DNA of 64,000 bases from Camelus dromedarius (lineage: Eukaryota), in assembly GCF_036321535.1 (NCBI RefSeq), contig NC_087437.1:12464001-12528000 (forward strand), written 5' to 3'. Shown piece after piece: positions 1 through 13,532 of the stretch. The notes beneath the pieces are model-generated. The model made no database searches. It was given only the letters and a program-made list of their open reading frames with translations, and had not been told where the DNA came from. Each line of letters begins with the position of its first letter. Within the stretch, counting starts at the first letter, position 1. Both the position numbers and the translations under genes were made by a program.

Positions 1-630
1 ACAGATCAAAATAAAGAGATGGCCTTGATTTTCCCAGGCAAGCAAGGCTAGTTAGTCCAGGCACAGACTTAAACACTAGTGCCTTTCACCTCTCAAAGCA
101 ATCAAGCCACCTGGCAATATGTATCCAGTGACCTCTGCTTAATGCTTCCAAGTTGTCCTCTACGGAATGTATTTGAGACCTTTCAAAGTTAATACCTCAG
201 GACAAATCACCACGTTTTCTTTCTGGAGCTCCTTGGTGGTTGGAGAAGTTGCCTTTTAGGGATGTGGACTCCATAGCCCTGTCCATAGTATGACCCATGT
301 GGCATCGCTGATATCCTGACAAGCATGGAGTGATGCGCTTGGCCCTGTGAAACCCTCTGTTGAACACAGGCAAGGGTCGGGCACACCTCCTTGCTGATTG
401 CATCAAAACACAGCTGCTGGTGACATCCCAAAGAGACAGTAGCTCAGGGGCCACACCCTTGCCCCACAGGCAGACTTCCCAGAAGTCCTCATGGAAGAAC
501 CACAGAGAGAGCACCTAGGCTAGAAGCATCGTTGTCCACACATGCTCTTAGAGCCACGAGTTCTGAAGGTGTGCTACGGGCACGGTCGCCATGCAAGTAC
601 ACATTTCTGTGTTCAGGGAGGAGGTTACAC

Positions 631-803
631 CTTTATATTCACTTAACCAGCCACACTGGTTTGGTCATCACCATTTTATAGTTGCAGAAACTGAGGTTCA
701 GAGAGGTTGTAACAACGAAAGATACAAAACTAGTCATAGAGCCAAGGTGAGGACCGAGGTCCTCTGACCCCCAGTCTCTGCATTTTCCACTTCACCATGT
801 GGC
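631..803 (-). mobile_element. MIR SINE
   Basis: Core ccattttatagttgcagaaactgaggttcagagagg. Confidence 0.7.
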
Positions 804-1040
804 TTTTCCCTGCCAGCCCATGACATGGGATGGGCGGTCTGTCTTCAGTATGGAGAGAACATGGGTCCTCAACAGGAAGGCCCCTTTCTGAACCTAAGAA
901 GTGACAAGGTGATTTGCTTTCTAGATTCGGCAGCCCCTGTGCTGACAGCGTCTACTATTCTCCAATAATTCTCCCAGACTTCAACTTGGTAGAACCTGGG
1001 CTGGGAAACTCGAGAGACGGTAACAGCTGTTCACTTAGAG

Positions 1041-1200
1041 CTGCGTTGTCCAGTAGCACCAGCCACCTCTGTGGTGGTGGAAATGTTTAGTGTCTGTGCA
1101 ATCCAATATGGTAGATGAAGAATTAAATTTTTCATTTTATCTAATTTTTATTAACATAAACTAATAGTCACGTAATAGTGGCTACCCCATGAGACCACAC
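1041..1200 (+). mobile_element. MER3 (hAT-Charlie) remnant, internally deleted
   Basis: ctgcgttgtccagtag...ggaaatgtt...aattaaatttttcattttatctaattttt...agtggctac. Confidence 0.55.
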
Positions 1201-4200
1201 TGGCTTGTAAGATCATTTTTGAGTTGGGTGTTAGGATGGAGTCTCTTTGAAGGAAGAAAAAAAAACCCAAAAGCATCATTTAACCCTTGTCCCCTCAAAC
1301 CTCTCAAAACAAACCAACACAGTCCACTTTTCCCCCAAATATCCAGCATGTCCGTTTAGAATGACCTGGCATCTGTGTGCCCCTCAGGGAGCCCCATTAC
1401 TGCCAGTTAAAGTGTCTGTTATCTGAAAAGTCCGCACAGGGGCTTACCCTCCAAGAGCAAGCTTTATTTATTGTTATTTCCTATGAACCAACAGGGTGGG
1501 GTGAACGCTGGTGGACGGACTAACAATGAGAGACTTGTCCTCTGTGTCGGGCAGAGGCTTGTGTGAAGAGTTGCAAACTGCCTCTCCACTCCTGCCTTTA
1601 GAAGTGACGAGGCTTAGCTGGCAAGGGTCCGGCATAGCTGTGTGACAACAGGGTGTTTGTTAACACACTGGGGCAGGGTCCTGTTTCTCAGCTTTTTGTT
1701 TTTTTCCTTGAAGCATCAGAACCCTCGCTCTGTCATCACACCCACCACAGGACTGGGTCCCCTTTCTGCGGATTGAGGCGGACGTTCCTCCTCACCTGAC
1801 ACTGTTCTTTCGTCTGCCGGGAGCTTGCAGCGGAAGGAGGGGGACTGACGTGTGATCTGTTCACACCAGTGAGGAGTTGCATGTGATTTCATCTGTTTGC
1901 ATCCTCTCCAGAAAAGAGCAGTTTCAGACAGCGCAGCCTCCTTTATGCTTTTAAGGGTAGAAGACCAGCTAGCCACATGCTTTACATTCAGAAAGCTGAA
2001 AAGGAAAGAAGAAATAAGTCGTTTTCCCAATTAAGTGCACTTCCTTCCTGCATCTGTAGGCTGAGAGTGAAAAATTGGGAGGTGCATTGGCTCCAGATTA
2101 TTACATACTGCCGCGCATCTACTATCTGTTTTGTCTTAAGACATCATAAACTTTTACTAACGAGGTCATAGATGGAGTGGTACCCATGACCCAAATAGAT
2201 ACTTGTAGGCAGAGTAAGACACACACCCTTCCCCTCTTCTTGGCTCCTATTTACCTTCTCAGCTTTGTGGTTTGCCACACACTCCGTACATGGACTCCCT
2301 GGCCACACACACCTGCTGGGCATTTCTGGGATGTGCCCTCTCTCCTCTTAGAGCGGACACAAGACGAGTGTCGTCCTGACTTCTCCACTTGTCAGAGATT
2401 TGAAGAAAGAGCCAGGCTCCATGTATCTCCTCGTTGATTCACATTTATGGAGCCCTATACAAGTGCCAGTCACTGAGCAAGACACAGACCATGGGAAGGT
2501 AACAGACTAGGTTCCTGTGTCCATTTCAGGCTCTGTCACCGGATAACTTAGGGCATCTATGAGCCACACATGGGGAACCACGAGACAGCCGCCTTCTCTG
2601 CAGATGCGCGGTGGGGAACCGCGCCCTCAGCCTCCACGCAGGGCTGGCACATGGCGAGTACTCAGTGCCGCTGCCTCCCCTTTAAAGCTCTGCTGAAATC
2701 CCTCGTCTTCCAAGGACACGTCCTGAGCGTACCTGGTTGAAATTCATCTTTCCCTCCGCGTCATGCCCATAGTTGTTGTTGCCTGAACCAAAGGAGGACA
2801 TATTTCTTCCTGTTTTCTACCAGTTATTCACATGAACCTCGGCCTCTCTAGCCAGGCTGCAAGTTCTTAGAGGAGATGGTTCAGTGTCTGTCCTCTCTGT
2901 AACCCCTAAATCACTTATATTAAATTCAACAGCTTATTTTCGACTGCCTTCTGCCTGCCGAGCACACTGAGTTAGACGGGTCCCCAGAACAGGTCAGGAA
3001 GCACCTCTCCTGCCCGCACAAAAGTCACAGCAGAACCAGGAGAAAGTGTGGGCATCACTGTTTTTATCTGCTCAGCACCTGTTCCCTCTGCGGGAAATGA
3101 GCTCACCCTTCCATGAAAAACGTGTTCCTGTAGTAACGGGGGTCGTTGGCCCCCAGGCTTCACCCTCCCGCCCTGTAGCTGCGCCCTTTGCCTTGTACCT
3201 TTGCAGTCCTGCCCACCAGAGCCTCAGGCCCCTTCCCCACCCCTGGACTTCACGCTCAGCCACATAGGACAGTCAAGAATGCATGTGCCACTTCCAAGCC
3301 TGGGCCTTGGGGTCCACTGAGGGCTTTCATTCCCCTCCTGCACCTCGGTCTCTGCCCTGAGAAGAGCTCCCCCTCCGGCCTGGGCACCAGAATGAAGCAC
3401 ATGTCCCACCACAAGGAGCCGGGCTCAGCCTGACCTGCAGGGTAAAGCAGAGCCCAGGTCTAGGCTGCTCAACCTCCAGCCAACCTGCAGTCGCACAAAA
3501 AATAAATATTGACCGTACTTTCCCACTAAGATGCTGTGGTTGGGAGTTACAACAGATAATCCGTAGTTTGGACCCCACCCCTCCCCTCCTGTCCTCCTGA
3601 ATGGCCTTCCCGCCACCCAAGAGCTTGGAATGTAACCTAGATAAAACTGTCCCCTCCTCCATCCTCCCTAAACCAGAGCCACAGTTCTCAGTCTTCAGGC
3701 AAGCAGGTGACCCAGGAAAGAACAAGCAAAATTCTTCCTTGAGACTCTGCACTTTAGAACCAAGGAAAATGTGAGCCCACTTGGCAAACAGGATTCCATC
3801 CTTCTGGGAGAGACACCATGTCCTTGACTAAAAAGAGGAAAGAGACTGAGACAGACAAGAGGCAGGGAGCAGAAACAGACGGACACACCAAGACCAGTGT
3901 TCCAGGCCCTGGTGGAGAATCTGGGGATCTGGGAGGGACCCTGATTCTGCTCTCCTCAGCGTTTCCTTCAGTTTTGTGAGCTCACCCAGGGTCCAGTGAA
4001 TCCCCCTTTCAGCTGAAGTTGATGCAGGTCAAGTTTCTGCCACCTTGAAAACTCCGGAGACGAAAAATAAAGAGGCAGTGAAGTCTGATAACACTATCCC
4101 GGGGGCACAAAGCAGGCTGCGGGAGCACAGAGAGAAGGGTCCCCAACCCAGCGCGAAGAGCTGGAGAAGGTTCTGGGGGCCGGGAGCAAGTCAGCTGACG

Positions 4201-7200
4201 CGTGGAGTCTCAGCAGGAGCTGGCCGGAGGAGGGACCAAAGACAGAAGGGCCTCTGACGGGCCTGGGGAGGTGAGTTCGGGAAGTTCCCGAGGGCCAGCC
4301 TGGGAGGGCCTTGTAAATCAGTGTGAAGAGGTGGGGCTTCCCTGCTGGCCGCTGGGAGCCCAGGCGGACTGTGCGGACTGTATGCGGGTGTGGTTGCCTT
4401 TGAGAGGCCTTTTCTTCTGGCTGCGGGTGGAGAGTGAAGTCAAGAAACCAGTTAGGAGGTAGTTGAAAGCATCCAGGCATGAGATGAAGTTCTCCTGGAT
4501 TTGGGCAGAGGCCTTTGACTTTCAAATCAGGCTTTCCCAGGCTGTCTGTCTGTGGAACTCAAAACTCAAAACCGTTTTCTCAAAGCTCCCTTTGAGGGGA
4601 GCTGTGCCTTCCGCTTAAGACCACAAGGAGCCATGGCTTGATATGAAAGAGGACGACTGTTGGGCCATTTATTCCTCGTTCTCCTCCAAGGGGACTCTTC
4701 TGAACTCACACAACTTGGGCTGTCACCGCCCTCGGGCCCCTAACTCCTCTTCATTGTTCAAGATGTGCTGGGTTGCATTTACCCAGAATAAAATGATTGT
4801 CATTTACTTTGCTAGCAGCTGTCAGAGCCTGAAATCTCATTCTGTAGGCGTAAGCAATTTTTCCCCTGTAGATGTGGCTTCATCTCAAGTTTATCTGCCA
4901 GCAACAGGGAACAGAGATGCTGCGGCGGCCTTTCCTCTCTCCCACGAGCGACAATTAGAGACCAATTCTGCCCGAGTACAAATGCATCTGGGGTTGACTG
5001 TCACTCCTGAGTCACGTGCTTGGCCGCTGTCATAGATTTGGTGGAAGATCTTCAGATGAAGAAACAGCCTGGTGACGTACAACCGAACCCCAAGGGGAGA
5101 AAACTATGGCTTAACTCCTTTGGGAGCTAGCGGGAAAGAGCAATTCTGTTTCCTGGGCAGACAAGGGGACCCTTGTTTGGGGAGAACTCAGGATCCAGCT
5201 CCTCTTTGAGGAAGGTGAATTCAAAAGGAAGATGTAAGGAAAGTGCTGTGATGAGCAAAACTGCCATTTCCCTCCGGCTGGCCTAACACCCTCTGCTCCC
5301 ACGGATGTGAAACCCATCAGTTGGATTGTGCTCAGAGAACTCGAGTGGGAGGAGGTGAAGCGGGAAGGAAACACTGGTTTCTGGATTCTGCAGGCAACCA
5401 CTCTGGTTTTTATCGAATTCCCCTGTCCTCATGGTATCTCCCAGGCACCTCCCTCCAGGCCCCAGTACAGGCAGGAACACGACATGGCCCCAGGCACCTC
5501 CCAGCCCAGCCTCCTGGACGCAGGAGGCCCTTAGCTTTGAGGTCGGCTCACTGCAGCCCCCTTGAGAGCAGGGACTTGTCCCCAGGTCTTCCTCCCCTGC
5601 CCCGTGGGTCTCTTGCCCACACACATAATGAGGTCGCACTTCAGCGATGCCTTTGTTAGACCCCAATGATGTCCCCACCCTCCTGACAAAGCAGCTTTTG
5701 TGTCTTACGTCAAAATAATCACTTACCCAAAATGATGGCTAGGCTCAGAAAGAGCCCTGCTTTATCCTTAGGGAATGGAAAAAAAAAAAGAGTGTTAAAT
5801 GTTTAACCTGGATTGATGAGGTTTGCTGAAACTATTGGATAAAATGAAAACTTTCTTCGAGGCATAAATCACTGGGGAGATTTCCCCCCTCTCATTGATT
5901 TTTGGATTCGGTTAATGATTCCAGCCCTGAGCACATAAGGCTAGGTGGAAGTTAAAGAAATGGAAAGGCCACATTAACCTCTAAATTTTACCTCTATGTT
6001 GATTTTTGACAGTGAAATACTATAATTAACCCAGACTATTTTCCCAAGATTTAATTTTTTGCTGATGTTCAAAAGTATTGCAGAAAAGCTGATTCCTAAT
6101 TATTACATACAGCATTGCATAAATTTCTTCCTAATTAAAAAGCCTCTAAATTCTAAATAATCAATTTACGAAGACATATGGTTTTGAAAAATTAGGCATT
6201 TAATTTCTAAAGATTTATTAGTAATTTGTACCATAGCTAATTAATTATGGTTATAATACTATTGCAGTCACAGTAGAGATTGATGTAATGATACGATTGC
6301 AAATTTATTTTGATATGTCTTCTTTAATATCAGAGCATTACAATATACTTACTTTCCCAACCCCTTCTTAATTATGCTTGAAAGCATTAGTTTAATGAAA
6401 GATAAGAGGGCTTGATAAGTGTACCATCAGATTTTATTTGAAAAACCATTTTCAACATAAAACAAACAAATTGTTTTTTTGCCTTGGCAAAATGAAATTT
6501 GCAGTCAGTAGTAAATTAGCAGACAGAAATGCCTTAAAATTCAATAGTATTTGGTACAGAATTTCCCATTAACCATTGTGACAATTCAGCGGAAAGCTGA
6601 GCATGAGAAAGTAGTTAAACTGTACAGAGGAAGCGTCCTGACAAAAATGAATAGAACTCAACATAAACAATGACGGTGTTGTAAATAGTCACAAATGCAG
6701 GGGATAGATGGGGGAGGTTCTTTCCTATTTCCTTTGTCATGTGAATTTATAGGCTCTAAAAAAACAAATCTAGAAAATGTTTTAGATATTAGCAGGTTTG
6801 TCTTTGAAGCTGTGGGAGAGGAGAGAGATTTTTGATTTAGTGGTAGAAAATGCCCCTGATCTGTTTCACTGAATAGAAACACATGGTCCTTCTGAAATAA
6901 ACCGGGGGACAGAAACACATGGCCAGTTGCAAGAAGAAAGGGAAGGGAAGAGCTTGAAAGTAGCTTCGTAGAATGTGTGGGGCTTGGCAAGCGGTGCACG
7001 GAGTGCAGCAGGCTAGACTCGGGTTAGCAGAAGGACACACTTCCCGTGGAGGCTCCGGGAAGGTTCGTGGGGAGGTGGCAGGAATTCTTTATCTGGACAT
7101 CTTCCTGATGAAATTTCAGCTCTCCAGGTGACCTGGGAGACTGATCACGCCTCTGGCTGCCCGGCTTTCCTTGTTTTATGTGGTAACAAGCTTGGGTTTT

Positions 7201-7504
7201 TTTGTTCCGTGGCTTCTTCCGTGATCTCCTTGGCTTGGATTGCTTTTTGTTACTGCAGCGGCTTTTACTGTCTGTTCCACGTTTCTGCCCCTCGCCTTCC
7301 CACAGCACCGCCGTTCTGCCTTGCCCTGGGACTTGAAGAAAGTCACTAAGCATCTCATGAGTCTCAGTTTCCTCTTCAATAAAAGGGGGCCCGTAGGAGA
7401 TTCCGCTCCTTAGGGTAGAGGTGATTCCTGCTAGCCCGTGCCCTGCACGCACAGGGCGGAGAGGACCAGCGCAGAGGGCCGCCTGTCTGGTCTATGAGGG
7501 GGTG

Positions 7505-7650
7505 GCATGTCTCATTCACTCAACTTACAAATACTCATTGTCCACCAGCCCTTGGGTGGTCTTCAGTAGGGCTTCTTTGCTGTGAATACAGAAATAAATG
7601 GAATGTACGGCTGTCTGCCCTCTCAGAATTCAGTCTAATGGGAAAGAAAA
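7505..7650 (-). mobile_element. L2 3' end, interrupted by the LTR
   Basis: cattcactcaac...ctgccctctcagaattcagtctaatggg, typical L2 tail. Confidence 0.55.
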
Positions 7651-8173
7651 TGTCACCGAGTCCAGACTCACTCTGCTCGCCGCATGACAGGCCAATAAAT
7701 CGGGAGACAAGGTGTTGGGGCAAGGAATAGCAACTTTATTTGGAAAGCCGGCAGACCGAGAAGATGGCAGACTAATATCCTGAAGAACCATCTTCCTCAA
7801 GTCAGAATTCAGGCTCCTTTTATACTAAAAAGGGGAGGGGATGTGGTTGGCTGTTGCAAACTTCTTGTTGTAGGAATTCTTTATTCTTGCACTGTCCGCT
7901 GTGGGTCAGATCATGGTGCCCCTGTAAAACCTCCAACAAAACAACCGTTATTTTCTATTCTGCAACTGGTTATCTTTATCTAAGTGCAGAAGTGTGAATA
8001 TCCTTAAAGGTCAGAGCCTTGAGAATGGGCTCTCCTCTATATTTCAGGCTCCAGGCAACAGTCTTTTACAAAAGGTGCAGAACCAGCATGACTCAGCCCA
8101 GGAAACAGGGCACAAGGGTCAGAGCCAAAGGAACAGATCTAAGTAGAGTCAGATTTTCTCTTTTCTACTACCA
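7651..8173 (-). mobile_element. ERV1 solo LTR, MER41-like (laurasiatherian/artiodactyl type)
   Basis: About 520 bp starting TGT and ending near CA; on the minus strand TATAAAA (7818-7824) lies upstream of AATAAA (7735-7740); resembles MER41-like LTRs. Confidence 0.75.
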
Positions 8174-8529
8174 AGATGGTGCATATAGAAATGATTGAAG
8201 TAATAGTGTCAAGTGACCAAAATGTACGATTGAGTAACAAGTGTGATGTCATTGTTCAAGGGAAAACAGCCCGCGGATTGGAGGAGGACGGGGCCTCTCA
8301 CAAGCCCTGGAGCTCCCTCCCGAGGGGTCTGGGGCAAGAATGAGTTTCCTCAGGAGCTAGAATTGGCAACGTGGAACGAGGAAGACAGGGGTTTCCCTAT
8401 GAGGCTGGCGGGGCTTGGGATTTTCTAGGAAAAGTAAGCCGGATGAAGCTGAGTTGCAGGGTTGTGGCTGATGTGTGTTAGGGTTGCCTGGAGGTGTTTC
8501 CCAGGAGTGCAGTGCAGGCCAACTTAGGT

Positions 8530-9196
8530 TTATTTATTACTTTTTAAATTTTTTTTCCTTTTTTTATTGTAGTATAATCAGTATACAGCGTATCAATTTC
8601 TAGTGTACAGCATCATGTTTCAGTCATACCTATAAATACGTATATTCCTTTTCCTGTTCCTTTACATTATAGGTTACCACAAGATACTGGATATAGTTCC
8701 CTGTGCTGTACAATATAAACTTGTTTGTCTGTTTTATATATACTAGTTAGTATCTGCAAATCTCGAACTCCCAATTTATCCCTTCCCACCCCTTCCCCCC
8801 TGTAACCAAGATTTGCTTTCTATGTCTGTGAGTCTGTTTCTGTTTTGTAGATGAGTTCATTATTGTCTTCTTTGTTCTTTTTTTTAGATTCCACATGAGT
8901 GATAGCATATGGTGTTTTTCTTTCTCTTTCTGACTTACTTCACTTACAATGACAATCTCCAGATCCATCCATGTTGCTGCAAATGGCATTATTTTATTAA
9001 TTTTTATGGCTGAGTAGTGTTCCATTGTATATGTATACCACAGCTTCTTTATCTAATCATCTGTCAGTGGACATTTAGGGTGCTTCCCTGTCTTGGCTAT
9101 TGTAAATAGTGCTGCTATGAACATTGGGGTGCAGGTGTCATTTTGAATGAAGGTTCCCTCTGGATATGTGCCCAGGAGCGGGATTGCTGGGTCACA
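8530..9196 (-). mobile_element. 5'-truncated LINE-1 (ORF2 C-terminus + 3'UTR + poly-A), artiodactyl/camelid type
   Basis: ORF 8747..9025 MEHYSAIKINKIMPFAATWMDLE is the L1 ORF2 end; poly-T at the left end. Confidence 0.92.
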
Positions 9197-9989
9197 AGCT
9201 ACCAACTTTGGCTTAGACTCACAGCATGGGTCAGGTCATGGGGGCGGCCTCCGTTCTGTGGGCCCTGACCATCAACAGTAGTTTTGTTTGGGTTGCATAG
9301 GGGCCTAGAGGGAAGAGCCTGAGGGAGCTGATACAGGCCTAAAAGAGAAGATGATAAATATTTGAGTCTTAAATGAAGGGGAAGAGGACTGAAGTGGGGA
9401 AGAGGACTGAAGTGGGTAAGAGAGCAAGACCAAAGGTCCCAGAGATGGGATGAGGAATTACACGGGAGACTGGAGTTGCTGTGGCTGACGAGATCAAGGC
9501 AGGCTGGTGAGAGGTGCATCTGAGGTCCTGAGGCAGGCCCAGGACTGTGTGTTGGGAAAAGACAACCTGGGGGTGTAGACACGCCACTGGTACCTGTGTG
9601 ACTACTGGCAGACACGTTCATTTTTCCTCTTCAAAAATTAGCACAGGTTTTACTACAGGTAGTGGAAGTCTACTCCAAATAGAATAACCAACGGCATATC
9701 CTAGCCTATTTATTAAGTTTGGGCTTCAGAATAATAAAGTCATCATCAAAGATGATATAGCTTAAAAGTTACTCTTTGGGGCCCTTTCTTTACACATTCG
9801 ATAAGCTTTTAGCACACTGACTTCAGCCAGTGTTTCTTCCATTCTTATGTGCTGAGTGGGCATCCGGCTAAGCCTCATATGACTGTGTAAGTTTGACTGT
9901 TCCTTGTACAGTAAAACACAAAGAATTTCTATGACAATTTTCTTTTAAGTTAGCTCTCTTCTTTGTAGTTAAAAACTCCAATATTGAAC

Positions 9990-10205
9990 TTTTTATAGTT
10001 TTTTTCATTGAAGTATAGTTCAGTTTACAATGTTGCGTCAATTTCTGATGTACAGCATAATGCTCCAGTCATCCATATACACACATACATCCATTTTCAT
10101 ATTCTTTTTCATTACAGGTTACTCCAAGATATTGAATATAGTTCCCTGTGCTGTATAGTAGAAATCTGTTGTTTATCTATTTTATATACAGTAGTTAGTA
10201 TCTGT
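9990..10205 (-). mobile_element. Short LINE-1 3'UTR fragment
   Basis: Similar to the 3' ends at 8565, 10575 and 12760 (ttgaagtatagt...tccctgtgct). Confidence 0.85.
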
Positions 10206-10522
10206 ATTTATTGAGTATCCATTCTGTCCCAAACAGGCACGTATATTTGTTCAGTTGTTAAGTTTCACGTTATCACAATGTTTTCTGTATCCGTGGTCTC
10301 AGATTAGAATCAACTGACTTTGGGTAAATAATTTAACCTCAGTGGGCCTCATTTTCCTCATATATAACCTGATCCGTTACAGAGCTCTTTTCCAGCTCAA
10401 AAGTCGTGTGATTTTTTTGAAAATGAGCAGGGTTTTGTTTGTTTGTTTTTAGGAAGAAATGTATTTCCTGTCTAATCTCAAGGGCTGATGAATACAACCT
10501 TTAACTGAAGGTTGTAACTTTC

Positions 10523-10719
10523 TTTTTCTTTTAATTAAAAAAATTATTTTATTTTATTTTATTCTGTTTTTAAATGAAACTATAGTCAGTTACAATGTAT
10601 CAATTTCTGGTGTACAGCATAATGTTTCAGTTATACATATATACATATATTCATTTTCATGTTCTTTCTCATTATAGGTTACCATAAAATATTGAATGTA
10701 GCTCCCTGTGCTATACAGA
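10523..10719 (-). mobile_element. Short LINE-1 3'UTR insertion with intact target-site duplication
   Basis: TGTAACTTTC at 10513-10522 and 10720-10729 flanks a T-rich tail plus L1 3'UTR. Confidence 0.88.
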
Positions 10720-12089
10720 TGTAACTTTCATATACTCCTTAAGTGCAATTCAAGTTTATGTCAAGGCAAATCTTTTGGACGAAGGTTCTCCTAATGTTGG
10801 ATTTTGGATATCATACATTTTCACATGAAATTTGTTGCTGTTCCCTCGCACTTAATTTATGTGTCCGTGCTCTGGAATAAAAGGCAGAAAAGCTCCAAAT
10901 GTGGGGTATGGCCAGGCACCTCCCACTGCCCCGAGAGTTTCAGGCTCCCGAACCCCGGGCCGTGGTTTCCAGCCGGGTCCATCACCATTAACTACAGAAG
11001 CCACATAACCCCCATAAGCTCCACCATAACGCTCATTACTATCTATAAAAGTTACACTACTATACCGAGGGGAGAGAAAGGCCACAATAAGGCTTTTAAA
11101 AAGCTATTTAATACATCAGCTTTCACAAAGATAGACGGCATCACTAAGACAAAATAAGAAAAGATGTGCCCAACTTTATGAGGTATTGGCACTGTTAATC
11201 ATATTTTGAAATATTGCTGGCATATATCTTGGAAAACACAACACAGTTGCTATATTTCCAGTGGGAGAGATGACAGTCTTAATGTTGAGACACAGTGATA
11301 ATTCCAAGCCTTCTCCCCCCACCCCATATGGGATAAACCAAAGAAGTAGATTCAGCAACCGGGTGGTGACTTTAAGTACTCTAGAAGCTTAAGTACTAAA
11401 ACTGAACGTTGTGAATTCCATTACGGGGATATCACAAAATTCCATTAACAAACAACTGCATGCATATGTGTGTATGCTATATGTTATAAAATTGTCTATG
11501 TCAACATACATTTTATTTATATATACAAAATATTAGAACATTATAAAGTTATAGCCCTATGTAATTTTAGATGGACTTTTTAAAGGTTGTTCAAATGATT
11601 AACAGGATTCCATTCACACGTCTCCATTTCTAATTTTTTAATCTGGCATAAGAGACACAATGCACAGGTGAGTAGATTGCAAAACTTTTCCACATTCATT
11701 ATTTTGATCTTCTCAATTCTGTGAAGTGGGTAGGATCATTTTACTGATAAGGACTACAAAAATGTGTTGCCCGAGGTCCCCCAGATTATATGTGGCAAAA
11801 AGCAGGGTGTTCTGTGTCTAGATTCAGTGCTCTTCTCACTAATCCTTCGTGGGTCTATAACCAGAGAGCACTTACAGATGCAGAGATACAGAGCTTGGAC
11901 CCAGGAGGATGCGGATTTCTTACTTAGGCTCCATGCGTCACTGTGATGCTCACTGAGAAATCTGGCCTCCTGGGCTTGCTGGTCCTTGGTCAAGTTCTCT
12001 CCTCTGATGTCAATTAAAACTTTAATAACTCTGGTGGGCACCTTAGGTTGCTCTTGTCCTTTCTTTCTTATTAAAAGAATCTTGATATT

Positions 12090-12500
12090 CTTCAATGTAG
12101 CAATGTACACATCTTCCAGACTCCTTACAGTGGCGAGTGGCCATGGGACACAGTCCTGGCCAGCTGGAGGAAAGAAAACCCTGGATGGGGCTTCTGGGAA
12201 AGCTATTCAAATAGGAACAGAATTGTTAGCCTCACTCATTATCTGATCCCCTGATCCTTCTTCTTCCTGCCTGAAATCCACACAGTGCTGAAGAGGTAGT
12301 AACCAGCCTGCAAGCATGAGGATAAAAGTTACATATCTAATTAACAGAAAAGAAACACAGAAAGAGCTGAACCCTCAAGGTGTTAGGGAGCCACTGGAGA
12401 CGCCTGACTGCCCACACCCAGACCTCTTGCTCTGGGAAGAACAGAAGCCCCTGAGTGCTTAAGCCAGGGTAGCGGCTGTGACTGAACTCAGTCCTGATCG
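12090..12500 (+). mobile_element. MLT1 (ERVL-MaLR) LTR, MLT1I/J-like
   Basis: tggccatgggacacagtcctggcca...ggggcttctgggaaagct...tgcttaagcca. Confidence 0.6.
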
Positions 12501-12749
12501 ATAGGCTAAAACAAACTAAAAATGGGACGAAGAAAAATGATAGCTGGAACCAGAAGAAAGCGCAAGGTTTGTCTCTCAGGCAGAGGCTGTTGTCTCTAAT
12601 CAGCAGATCTCCCATTACCTCCCACCCCTGGTGACCGTCCATCACCAGGAATTCCTCAAGTTAGGATGAGGGTCCATCACTGTGAATGGGCCTCGAGGTT
12701 GGGTCTCAGCTGTTGTTTCCAAGGAATGGAGGCTTAGGGTTGAGTTTTG

Positions 12750-13352
12750 GGGGTTTTTTAATTGAAGTATACTCAGTTACAATGTATCAATTTCTGGGGT
12801 ACAGCATAATGTTTCAGTTATATACACATACATAAATACTCCTTTTCATATTCTTTTTCATTAAAGGTTACTACAAGATACTGACTATAGATCCCTGTGC
12901 TATACAGAAAAAATTTGGTTTTTATATTTTTATATGTAGTAGTCAATATTTGCAAATCTCATACTCTCAGTTTATCCCTTTGCGACCCCTTCCCCTCTGC
13001 TAACCATAAGATTATTTACTGTTTGTGTGTCTTCTGTTTTGTAGGTAAGTTCATTAGTGTCTTCTTTTTTCTTTTTTTAGATTCCAAATATAAGTGATGT
13101 CATATAGTATTTTTCTTTCTCTTTGTGGCTTACTTCACTTAGAATGATGATCTCCAGGTCCATCCATGTTGCTCCAAATGGCATTATTTTGTTAGTTTTT
13201 ATGGCTGAGTAGTATTCCATTGTATAGATATACCACAGCTTCTTTCTCCAGTCATCTGTCAATGGACATTTAGATTGCTTCCATGTCTTGGCTGTTGTAA
13301 ATAGTGCTGCTGTGAACATTGGGATGCATGTATCTTTTAAAATTAAAGTTCC
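12750..13352 (-). mobile_element. 5'-truncated LINE-1 (ORF2 C-terminus + 3'UTR)
   Basis: ORF 13077..13319 MFTAALFTTAKTWKQSKCP...WYIYTMEYYSAIK is L1 ORF2. Confidence 0.93.
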
Positions 13353-13369
13353 ATGGAGTTGGGTTTTGA

Positions 13370-13532
13370 AACTTTGCCACTCTATGCCTGTTTCTTTATT
13401 TGAAAAATGGGGACAATAATAAAACCTACCTCTTATGATTACTCTATAAAGACTTAATGAGACAATACATGTAATATGCTTAGAATAATCCAGTCATACT
13501 GGGAAACTGTTAATAAAGGTACCCATTATTAC
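13370..13532 (+). mobile_element. MIR SINE
   Basis: aaaatggggacaataataaaacctacctc...taatgagacaatacatgtaa. Confidence 0.75.

Noticed and set aside
7651..8173. MER41-like LTR as an interferon/STAT1-inducible enhancer
   Set aside because: I found no TTCnnnGAA GAS motif in this copy.
9378..9416. 18-bp tandem duplication GGGGAAGAGGACTGAAGT x2 (similar small duplications at 25781-25811 and 57628-57652)
   Set aside because: Ordinary slippage duplications; two units only, no array or spacer structure.
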